From NCBI RefSeq assembly GCF_003231495.1, contig NZ_PQWO01000003.1:390001-422000 (forward strand): a DNA stretch of 32,000 nt. Direction: 5' to 3'. Positions within the stretch are counted from its first letter, which is position 1. Every line of letters begins with the position of its first letter. This DNA comes from Acaryochloris thomasi RCC1774. Lineage in GTDB: Bacteria; Cyanobacteriota; Cyanobacteriia; Thermosynechococcales; Thermosynechococcaceae. The notes under the pieces are model-generated. The model was not told the origin of the DNA, searched no databases, and saw nothing but the letters and a program-made list of their open reading frames with translations. Of this stretch, positions 17,489 to 25,087 are shown piece after piece. A program made the translations under genes and the position numbers.

Positions 17489-17919
17489 GGTGAGTTAACT
17501 CAAACGATTGCGAACTGACGGCAACATCGGATCATAGGGCAGAACCAAGCGCAAACTAACTGGCTCTCGGCGCCGAGTCCCCCACCAACTTGGAGCAATC
17601 CCAGCACGTTGATCTTAGTCTCAAGCAGCTCTTGATTTTCCCCCTGCGATCAATTGGAACACTACCCAGTGTGATTGTGCAAGCACCCTTCGAGCATAGC
17701 TTCCCTCATTTTCTCTGACAAGATAAAACCTAGACAGGAACCTAAATCAATCAACAGACCACTCAATTGGCACCTCTTTATAGATAACCTTAGATACGCC
17801 ATTGAGATAAGCTAAAGAAATGCTAACGCTTTTATCTGCGTCTCAAACGCGCAATAAGTCTTCAAAAAATGTGCTTTCCCCAAAGACTTTTGCTCCTTAT
17901 CACTTAACCCTCAATAACG

Positions 17920-18381
17920 TTGTTTGCAAGCAAAACACCCCGCATTATTACAAGGACTAATGACGAAGATTTAGTCCTACCCGCTTTAAATCAACTGTTT
18001 GCCAAGGCTGGGCAGCCCGTTCGTGATCTCGCAAAGCTAGAGATAGCACTTCAGAATTCACTCCTGTTCGTAACGGCCCGCATACTTCGAGACGACGCGG
18101 TAGTGGGATTTGTCCGCGTCACTGGGGATGGCGTTTTCAACGCCGCGATCTGGGACTTTGTTGTTGATCCCAGCCTGTCCAACGGTGAAGACATCAAAAA
18201 GATGCTGCTGCAGCGCCTAAAGCAAGAAATTCGACGGACAGGGCTTCAATGCTCCGTCACAATTTTTGCGCAGCCAGAAGATGTTGCTTTCTTACAGAAG
18301 GCTAATTTTAGTGAAGATCAAGATGGTATTCAAGCAATGGCCCTCCGCCGAGGGTTATTGAAGTGGCGTTCGCCATTTTAG
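17920..18381 (+). CDS. GNAT-fold (acyl-CoA N-acyltransferase-like) protein with a degenerate motif A
   Basis: 153 aa. GFVRVTGDGVFNAAIWDFVVDP resembles the beta4 region of a cyanobacterial/plastid GNAT subfamily as I recall it. The start is TTG (there is no in-frame ATG near the 5' end), so the start is uncertain. Confidence 0.5.
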   Translation: MFASKTPRIITRTNDEDLVLPALNQLFAKAGQPVRDLAKLEIALQNSLLFVTARILRDDAVVGFVRVTGDGVFNAAIWDFVVDPSLSNGEDIKKMLLQRLKQEIRRTGLQCSVTIFAQPEDVAFLQKANFSEDQDGIQAMALRRGLLKWRSPF

Positions 18382-18430
18382 CTATTTCTACTCAGATGAA
18401 GAGACAGCAGGGTTGTGTGGAAAGGAAGAG

Positions 18431-19258
18431 CTATAGTGGCATCTCTGCGATCGCATCTAAATCATTCCCCCCCACAAACAGATCGCTACGACCACGACAG
18501 CGGACCAGAAAAGGGCAGGTGTGCTGGCGACCATCGCACTGTCCATCTTCGATCTGCACTTGAGAGAAAGGCTGACCACGTTCATAGCCAACCAGGCTAT
18601 GCCGCAACTGCCGTAGCATTGTCACCAATTCTTGGTGCGTCTGCTGATGCCGATCTGAATCATAGGGCAACACTAGAGAGTGAGACGCCTTGCCCCGCAC
18701 TTGTGCAAACCAATAAACCATCGAAATCTGTTCTGGACTGTAACCGGTGGTTTCTACAAGCAAATAGGGATACAGCTTGGTTTGCCAGTCACGGCACAAA
18801 GCCTTTAAGTCACGAGGACGAGTATAGGTCTTCCAGTCTAAGATTTGAGCCTGCTGACTGTTTTGAATCAGTAAATCGTACACCGCTACCAGCGTGAAGC
18901 CCTCACAGACCATTGTTTTCTGGTGCTCACTTTGGCGTTCACCCGCAATTGAGGGGGGCGGAGACTGCTGTAGCGCATCAAACCACTGCTGTAGAGGTGG
19001 GTTCTCCTGGAGAAAGGGTTGGATATCGAGTCCCATGGACTGCTGCTGCAGTAAATAGTGAAACTGTGAGCCGAGGATCTGCCGTTCTCGCTGAGCATCG
19101 ACCGTGGGTAATCCCCACTGCTCAAGATAGCGATATTGAAACTTCCGCTGACATCGGGCGAATTGACTGAGATGATTTTGAGAAATTTGCCAGATTGAAC
19201 CCATCGACTCGGCAGTGATCCTCAATTCGAGATTTTGCGGCGTCTGGTTTACAGGCAT
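18431..19258 (-). CDS. PD-(D/E)XK nuclease family protein, Cas4/AddB-nuclease-like with Cys cluster
   Basis: 275 aa. Ordered motifs: D128 (VAVYDLL), D141-W-K143 (ILDWKT), Q159-x3-Y163 (WQTKLYPY). One N-terminal Cys (FARCQRKF) plus a C-terminal C-x6-C-x5-C (GQCDGRQHTCPFLVRC) are arranged like the iron-sulfur 'staple' of RecB-family nucleases. Confidence 0.7.
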   Translation of the reverse strand: MPVNQTPQNLELRITAESMGSIWQISQNHLSQFARCQRKFQYRYLEQWGLPTVDAQRERQILGSQFHYLLQQQSMGLDIQPFLQENPPLQQWFDALQQSPPPSIAGERQSEHQKTMVCEGFTLVAVYDLLIQNSQQAQILDWKTYTRPRDLKALCRDWQTKLYPYLLVETTGYSPEQISMVYWFAQVRGKASHSLVLPYDSDRHQQTHQELVTMLRQLRHSLVGYERGQPFSQVQIEDGQCDGRQHTCPFLVRCRGRSDLFVGGNDLDAIAEMPL

Positions 19259-19442
19259 GTTTGCGAATTGTTAGCGTCTTAAGCTGTTTCTAATCGTATT
19301 CTCGTACACTGAGTCTTCAGAATACAGAGCAGCTCCCAAACAGGTAGGGGGAAGCTGAGCAGAATGACGGGCCCCGTGGTCAGCGACGGCTCGGGGTGTA
19401 CTCTAGTTTTGTACAAATAGATCACAGGATTTGACGAACGCG

Positions 19443-20423
19443 ATGATTGAGGTTGAGCACCTAAGCAAAATCTATGGCTCAACAACGGCAATCAAAGATG
19501 TCACCTTTAGGGCTGAGCCGGGTGAGATTTTAGGACTTTTGGGCCCCAATGGCGCAGGAAAGACCACGACGATGCGAATCCTAGCAGGTTACCTACCGGC
19601 CACCAACGGTGAAGCCCGCATTGCAGGATATGAAGTCCATGACAAACCGATGGCTGTACGTCAGCGGATCGGATATCTACCGGAAACACCGCCGCTGTAC
19701 CTAGATATGACGGTGGCAGGTTACCTCTATTTTGTCTCGCGGATTAAGGGTGTGCCTGCAGGCGATCGCAACTCCCAAGTAGACTGGGCCCTGGATCGAT
19801 GCCAGCTTCTCAAAAAGCGGCACGTCCTCATCCATAAGCTGTCAAAGGGCTTTCGACAGCGCGTAGGCATTGCGCAAGCTATTGTTCACGATCCACCCGC
19901 CATTATCTTAGATGAGCCAACCGTGGGCTTAGATCCACGTCAGATAATCTCTGTGCGAAATCTCATCAAAACCTTGGCGGAGAACAAGACGGTGCTACTT
20001 TCGACCCACATTTTGCCCGAGGTCAGCATGACCTGTAACCGAGTCGCCATTATTAATCAGGGCGAAGTCGTCGCCGTGGGTTCCCTGGAAGACTTAATGG
20101 CTCAGCGTATCGGGGGTACAGCCTATGACCTTGATGTGCAAGGCGCTCGCACTGACATTGAAGGCCAACTAAACTCAATCGGAGGGATCAAATCCGTGAA
20201 GTGGTTATCCGATGAGACAGAAACGCGACAGCAGGTTCGGGTGACCTCTGGATTAGGAATAGAGCCAGGGCCGCAGATTGCCTCAGCGCTGGCAGAGAAA
20301 GATCTGCCACTTTTTGAGATGCGTCGAGTCGCAAAAAGTTTAGAAGATGTATTTTTAAACCTCACCACGGAAGAACAAAAGCCAACCGATGACGTGGATC
20401 CGATGGAGGAGGAGCTTACATGA
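19443..20423 (+). CDS. ABC transporter ATP-binding protein (GldA-like / ABC-2 subfamily)
   Basis: Walker A GLLGPNGAGKTT, signature LSKGFRQRVGIA, Walker B AIILDEPTVGLD, H-loop STHIL. I prefer ATG 19443 (MIEVEHLSKIYG) over the TTG 19431 in the track. Confidence 0.9.
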   Translation: MIEVEHLSKIYGSTTAIKDVTFRAEPGEILGLLGPNGAGKTTTMRILAGYLPATNGEARIAGYEVHDKPMAVRQRIGYLPETPPLYLDMTVAGYLYFVSRIKGVPAGDRNSQVDWALDRCQLLKKRHVLIHKLSKGFRQRVGIAQAIVHDPPAIILDEPTVGLDPRQIISVRNLIKTLAENKTVLLSTHILPEVSMTCNRVAIINQGEVVAVGSLEDLMAQRIGGTAYDLDVQGARTDIEGQLNSIGGIKSVKWLSDETETRQQVRVTSGLGIEPGPQIASALAEKDLPLFEMRRVAKSLEDVFLNLTTEEQKPTDDVDPMEEELT

Positions 20424-21223
20424 ACCTCATCGTTAACAATGTGCTAGCTATCTATCGCAAAGAACTGCGGGGATACTTCAAGGCGCCCCTGGCGTTTGTG
20501 ATTGCCAGTGTGTTCTGGCTGCTGGCAGGGCTCTTCTTCTTATTCATTCTACAGAGCGTGATTGAAGAAGCCTCTCAATTTGATGTCTTGCAAAGTCAGC
20601 TCAGTGAGTCGGGTACCGCCATTGACGTTCCCAGCGCGATTTTGCAGCTTTTTCTCGGGATCATGGGGTCGCTAGCCCTGGTCATTCTGCCCATTTTATC
20701 GATGGGACTTTACGCCGAGGAGCGCAAACGCGGCACGCTGGAGCTACTGGCAACATCGCCGATTACCAACTGGGCTGTGGCCTTAGGAAAGCTAATGGCG
20801 GTGCTCACATTCTTCATTACGCTAGTGGTTCCGATCATTACACTAGAGGCATTGACCTTCAGCAGTGCTAATCCGCCGATGCCGCTGGAAATTTTGCTAG
20901 TTAGCCACCTAGGGCTAGTGCTGTTAGCCGCGTCAATTTTGGCGTTGGGACTGTTCATCTCTTCGTTGACAGATAGCGTGATCCTGGCAGCGATTTTGAC
21001 CTTTGCCGTCATTCTGCTTCTGTGGATTTTGGATTTGCTGGGAGAGCGTCTCGGGGGTCCATTGGGGGGCATCTTGAATCACTTATCGCTGCTGAAGCAC
21101 TACTCCACCCTGAGCCAAGGGGTTTTAGATAGCAGCAGTGTTGTTCTATTTTTGAGCTATGTGGTTTTGGGACTATTTCTAACGGCTCAATCCATTGATT
21201 TGTTCCGGTTTCAACGCTCCTGA
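20420..21223 (+). CDS. ABC-2 family permease (GldF-like)
   Basis: 267 aa with six hydrophobic helices. Its start overlaps the ATPase stop in ATGA (20420-23), implying translational coupling. The motif YAEERKRGTLELLATSPI is typical of this permease family. Confidence 0.8.
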   Translation: MNLIVNNVLAIYRKELRGYFKAPLAFVIASVFWLLAGLFFLFILQSVIEEASQFDVLQSQLSESGTAIDVPSAILQLFLGIMGSLALVILPILSMGLYAEERKRGTLELLATSPITNWAVALGKLMAVLTFFITLVVPIITLEALTFSSANPPMPLEILLVSHLGLVLLAASILALGLFISSLTDSVILAAILTFAVILLLWILDLLGERLGGPLGGILNHLSLLKHYSTLSQGVLDSSSVVLFLSYVVLGLFLTAQSIDLFRFQRS

Positions 21224-21244
21224 TCTCTTTACCTCTGCTTCAAC

Positions 21245-23161
21245 GTGAAACGTTTTTTACCCCACTTCAAAGGTTCCTCTAAACTGATTATGCTCCTACT
21301 GTGGTTGGGGGTGTTGTTGGGGGTTGCGGGTGTCTGTGCGGGACTGATTGCAAGCTGGAGTGCGCTCCCGGTAGGGCTGGTCATCGGGGGATGTGTACTG
21401 CTGGGACTTGGCATTCTGCTCCAGTGGCAGTACTCGCCGCCACCGGATAGCTGGTGGCGAAGGAGATCGATCCAGGCAGGCACAAATTCGGTGATTGCAG
21501 CAGCGGCGGTAATCGTTATTTTGGGGCTAATTAATTTTCTAGCCGTGCGCTATCCCGCCCAAGTTGACTTGACTGAGGCACGGTTATTTTCACTGGCTCC
21601 CCAGTCAAAGCAGGTGGTGCGATCGCTACAGCAGCCGCTGAAGGTTCTGATTTTCGATAAGGTGACGGACCCCCAGAATAGAACGCTACTGGAGCAATAT
21701 CAGCGTCTTAGCCCTCAGTTTGAGTTTGAGTTTGTCGATCCGCAGGCGCAGCCAGGATTAGCACAAAAGTATCAGGTGCAGACAGCAGGGGCGGTAGTTT
21801 TAGATGCAGGTGCCCGCACGAAAACCCTCGACACCGCACTGACAGAGGTGAATTTGACGGCTGCGATCGCAAATATTGTCAGCGATCGGCAAACCCAAGT
21901 TTTTGTCATTCAGGGTCACGGAGAGCGACCCATCGCGGGCACGCAGGCCAGCCTTTCAGAAGCTGTAGAAGCCCTCCGCAGACAGGGCTTCAAAACAGAA
22001 CTTCTGAACATAGTGGAGCGGCAACAGATCCCTGAAGAAACGGACGTTCTGATTATTGCCGGACCGAAGCGAGCCTTTCTCCCGGCAGAGATCAAGCTCC
22101 TGAACGGATATCTGCAGCAGGGCGGGAAAGCATTACTATTGCTCGACCCTGAAACAGAGCATGGTCTAGAACCAGTTCTTAAGCAGTGGGGGATTACGCT
22201 GGACCGTCGGCTGGTAGTCGATGCCTCTGGCTCGGGTCAGTTGCTCGGCTTAGGGCCAGCCGTCCCTGTAGTCCTTGACTATGGCCCCCATCCCATCACC
22301 GAAGACTTTGCCCAGGGCATCTCCTTTTTTCCCCTTGCCCAGGCACTCAACGTGGAGCAGGCACCCAATCAGCAGGTGACCGAGTTATTGCGTACTGGAG
22401 GGAGTAGTTGGGCCGAGTCTGAACCCGATAGCGAACAGCTTCAATTTGATGAGCAGAAAGATCGTCAGGGTCCCTTAGTGATCGGGGTTGCGATTCAGGA
22501 GCTGGAGCCAGAGTCCTCAGCAACTCAGGCACCCCAAAAGTCAGACAAAGCCCCAGCCCCTAATCAGCCCACAGATCCGCAGTCCCAGTCTGCGAGTCCA
22601 TCACCCAGTCCCTCGCCAACTACGAATGGCACAGGTAACGCACAAAGTTCTGCTTCGCCGCCCGTGTCTCCGAGTCCTTCAGCTTCACCCTCTGCATCGC
22701 CCAGTCCACAATCGAGTCCGCAAGCTCAGGCTCCTAGCCCTGAGGCGAGTCCCCAATCCCCGACAGCGCCTAAGACACCTAATGAAAATGCGGAGCAGAC
22801 AGCAGCGTCTCAATCCTCTGCCTCATCGCCGAGTCCAAAGCCATCGCCGAATTCAAAACCCGCAGACTTTGCCGTTAAACCGACGCCGAAGCCACTCGCT
22901 CGGCTCGTGGTCATTGGCGACTCTGATTTCGCATCCTCTGGACCGTTCGGGCAAGTGCTAAACGGAGATTTATTCCTGAATGCAGTGACTTGGCTTGGGA
23001 GTGATGAAACGAATCCGTCCCTTTCGATTCGACCGAAGGAGGTCACCAACCGTCGGCTACAAATTACACCTCAGCGGCAGCGACTATTAACGATTCTAGG
23101 GGCGCTTCTGCCGGTGAGTGCTCTGGGGATTGCGGTCACGCTTTGGTGGCAGCGTCGGTAG
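21245..23161 (+). CDS. GldG-like ABC-transport auxiliary component with a long Pro/Ser/Ala-rich insert
   Basis: 638 aa with N- and C-terminal TM helices. The stretch VDLTEARLFSLAPQSKQVVRSLQQPLKVLIF and the later VFVIQGHGE ... VLIIAGP pattern match the GldG/ABC_transp_aux architecture. A low-complexity block lies at nt ~22507-22895. Confidence 0.75.
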   Translation: MKRFLPHFKGSSKLIMLLLWLGVLLGVAGVCAGLIASWSALPVGLVIGGCVLLGLGILLQWQYSPPPDSWWRRRSIQAGTNSVIAAAAVIVILGLINFLAVRYPAQVDLTEARLFSLAPQSKQVVRSLQQPLKVLIFDKVTDPQNRTLLEQYQRLSPQFEFEFVDPQAQPGLAQKYQVQTAGAVVLDAGARTKTLDTALTEVNLTAAIANIVSDRQTQVFVIQGHGERPIAGTQASLSEAVEALRRQGFKTELLNIVERQQIPEETDVLIIAGPKRAFLPAEIKLLNGYLQQGGKALLLLDPETEHGLEPVLKQWGITLDRRLVVDASGSGQLLGLGPAVPVVLDYGPHPITEDFAQGISFFPLAQALNVEQAPNQQVTELLRTGGSSWAESEPDSEQLQFDEQKDRQGPLVIGVAIQELEPESSATQAPQKSDKAPAPNQPTDPQSQSASPSPSPSPTTNGTGNAQSSASPPVSPSPSASPSASPSPQSSPQAQAPSPEASPQSPTAPKTPNENAEQTAASQSSASSPSPKPSPNSKPADFAVKPTPKPLARLVVIGDSDFASSGPFGQVLNGDLFLNAVTWLGSDETNPSLSIRPKEVTNRRLQITPQRQRLLTILGALLPVSALGIAVTLWWQRR

Positions 23162-23194
23162 GGTATTGACGAAGCAACCGATGAGTAGAGAACC

Positions 23195-23761
23195 ATGAAA
23201 TCTAATACTTTGATCTTGGTCATCACTGCGGCGATCTTTGCCGGAGGCGTCTTCATTTGGGACCGTCAGCAGAGCTCGCAGCCACAGACCGAAGCCGAAG
23301 AGACTGGTACGGCGATTTTTACATTTAGTGAAGACGAAGTGCAGCGTCTAACCATCACCACTCCAGTACAAACCCTGACGTTCAAGAAGGTGACGGGTTC
23401 TAGCACTTGGGCGATGGAAGCGCCAGAGGCGGGTCCTGCTGATGAAGCCGCTCTACTATTTTTGATCAATCTACTAGCGACAGCTCAAAGCCAGCGAACG
23501 CTGGATATTTCACCGGCCCAGCAACAGGACTTTGGTCTGGATCAGCCCACCACAGTTGAGGTTTTCCTCAGTAATCAACAGACCCATACGCTGATCCTGG
23601 GCGGCAAAGATTACGAAGGGGGTGCCGTTTATGCTCGGGTTGATCCAGTTAAAACCGAGACACAGTCTTGGGCCGTTGAATTAGTGCCAACGTCCTTTCT
23701 GGATGCTGTCTCTCGGCCAGTCGCTGAATGGAAGGCCCAGCCCCAATCCAACGATAGCTGA
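23195..23761 (+). CDS. DUF4340-like protein (N-terminal anchor), partner of the GldG-like protein
   Basis: 188 aa. An N-terminal hydrophobic anchor (LILVITAAIFAGGVFIW) is followed by the pattern LTF-K-x-W-x-x-P-x-x-ADEAA ... FGLDQP ... LILGG that I associate with DUF4340. Its position directly after a GldG-like gene is the usual context. Confidence 0.55.
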   Translation: MKSNTLILVITAAIFAGGVFIWDRQQSSQPQTEAEETGTAIFTFSEDEVQRLTITTPVQTLTFKKVTGSSTWAMEAPEAGPADEAALLFLINLLATAQSQRTLDISPAQQQDFGLDQPTTVEVFLSNQQTHTLILGGKDYEGGAVYARVDPVKTETQSWAVELVPTSFLDAVSRPVAEWKAQPQSNDS

Positions 23762-23775
23762 GTGAATCTCTGAAT

Positions 23776-24630
23776 ATGTCTGCTTCTACTGCACAGTTGC
23801 TAATTTCTTGCCCGGACCAGCAGGGACTGGTGGCAAAAATCTCAAATTTCATCTACGCCAATGGCGGCAATATTATCCACGCCGATCACCATACGGATTT
23901 TGCGGTGGATCGGTTCTTGACCCGCATCGAGTGGCAGCTAGATGGCTTTAAGCTGCCGCGAGAGCTGATTGGCCCTGCGTTTCAAGCCATCGCCGAGCCT
24001 CTGGAGGCCACATGGGAGCTCAGCTTTTCTGATGCGGTGCCTCGAATTGCGATTTGGGTGAGCCGCCAAGATCACTGTCTCTACGATCTGATCCTGCGCC
24101 AGCGAGCCAAAGAGCTGCAGGCAGAGATTCCGTTGATTATCAGTAATCACGAGAAGTTGGATGCGATCTCAACTCAATTCAACATCGACTATCACCACAT
24201 CCCGATCGCAGCCGCAACGAAGGAGGAACAGGAAGCCAAACAATTAGACCTACTGCAGCAGTATCAAATCGACGTGGTGGTGCTGGCAAAATACATGCAG
24301 ATTCTCAGTGCTGACTTCATCGCCAAGTTCCCTCAGATTATTAATATTCATCATTCTTTCCTGCCCGCCTTTGCCGGAGCCAACCCCTACCAGCGTGCCT
24401 ACGAACGGGGTGTCAAAATCATTGGAGCCACCGCTCACTACGCCACTGCTGACCTCGACCAGGGGCCAATCATTGAACAGGATGTGGTCCGCGTCAGCCA
24501 CCGCGATGAGACCAAAGATCTGATCCGCAAGGGGAAAGATTTAGAACGGGTTGTGCTCGCCAGAGCCGTCCGGCTTCATCTGCAAAATCGAGTCCTGGTT
24601 TACGGCAACCGCACAGTGGTCTTTGGCTAG
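23776..24630 (+). CDS. purU: Formyltetrahydrofolate deformylase
   Basis: An N-terminal ACT domain (LLISCPDQQGLVAKISNFI) is followed by a formyltransferase domain with INIHHSFLPAFAGANPYQRA and HYATADLDQGPII. Confidence 0.92.
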   Translation: MSASTAQLLISCPDQQGLVAKISNFIYANGGNIIHADHHTDFAVDRFLTRIEWQLDGFKLPRELIGPAFQAIAEPLEATWELSFSDAVPRIAIWVSRQDHCLYDLILRQRAKELQAEIPLIISNHEKLDAISTQFNIDYHHIPIAAATKEEQEAKQLDLLQQYQIDVVVLAKYMQILSADFIAKFPQIINIHHSFLPAFAGANPYQRAYERGVKIIGATAHYATADLDQGPIIEQDVVRVSHRDETKDLIRKGKDLERVVLARAVRLHLQNRVLVYGNRTVVFG

Positions 24631-24761
24631 CGTTCTACAGCAAAGTAGCGACTAAGATTCCTATGGATTTGTCTGTTGAGAGCCTCACTGAGAAATAGCG
24701 TCAGTGAGCTCAAATAGCGAACTTTTGGGGACCGGTTCAATCTGCCCCTGGTAGGTGGCGA

Positions 24762-25013
24762 TCAGTCCCTGCTGTAGCCTTTCTGAAGGATGAAAAAGAA
24801 ACACGCGGCTAAGGCATTCTCTATGTAGGTTTGGCGCTGATGCCCTCCCACCCGAGCAGAGGTAAGAACTTCGTCATGCCAGTAAATTTTTCGATCTAGG
24901 TGATAGAGCCGGAAGAAGACGCCTAGAATCAGCAGCAGTATGATCACCACGAGGAGCTTAGATTGTAAAAGCTGCCATTTTAGAGAAGTGGGGTTCGTGG
25001 CGGATGGAGGCAT
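24762..25013 (-). pseudogene. Probable N-terminal remnant of a GT-C (GT39/ArnT-like) membrane glycosyltransferase
   Basis: The 83-aa ORF begins with a TM helix and then reads FFRLYHLDRKIYWHDEVLTSARVGG. This resembles the conserved N-terminal loop of a cyanobacterial GT39-like family that I recall being several hundred residues long. Here the frame closes after 83 codons and only ~130 bp remain before purU. Confidence 0.35.
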
Positions 25014-25087
25014 TGATGGGATCGGCTAAAGTCAGGGCTGGCAAGATAGTAGCAGGCCAAACAATGGTCTCGATTGCCTATCCGTCT

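Noticed and set aside
18415-18897. 160-aa plus-strand ORF overlapping the PD-(D/E)XK nuclease gene
   Set aside because: It is antisense to the frame that carries the ordered nuclease motifs and Cys cluster, and it has no recognisable features of its own.
19397-19426. TGTAC...GTACA and TGTA-N8-TCAC sequences upstream of the GldA-like ATPase, resembling NtcA (GTA-N8-TAC) or CRP (TGTGA-N6-TCACA) sites
   Set aside because: Spacing or half-site sequence is wrong in each case (N11 between TGTA and TACA; TCAC instead of TACA), so there is not enough to call a binding site.
22488-22961. 157-aa Arg/Pro/Gln-rich alternative-frame ORF (plus the minus-strand ORFs 22347-22532 and 22810-23049)
   Set aside because: These fall within the low-complexity Pro/Ser/Ala-coding insert of the GldG-like gene. 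Biased composition removes stop codons in the other frames. The GldG frame is continuous with conserved flanks.
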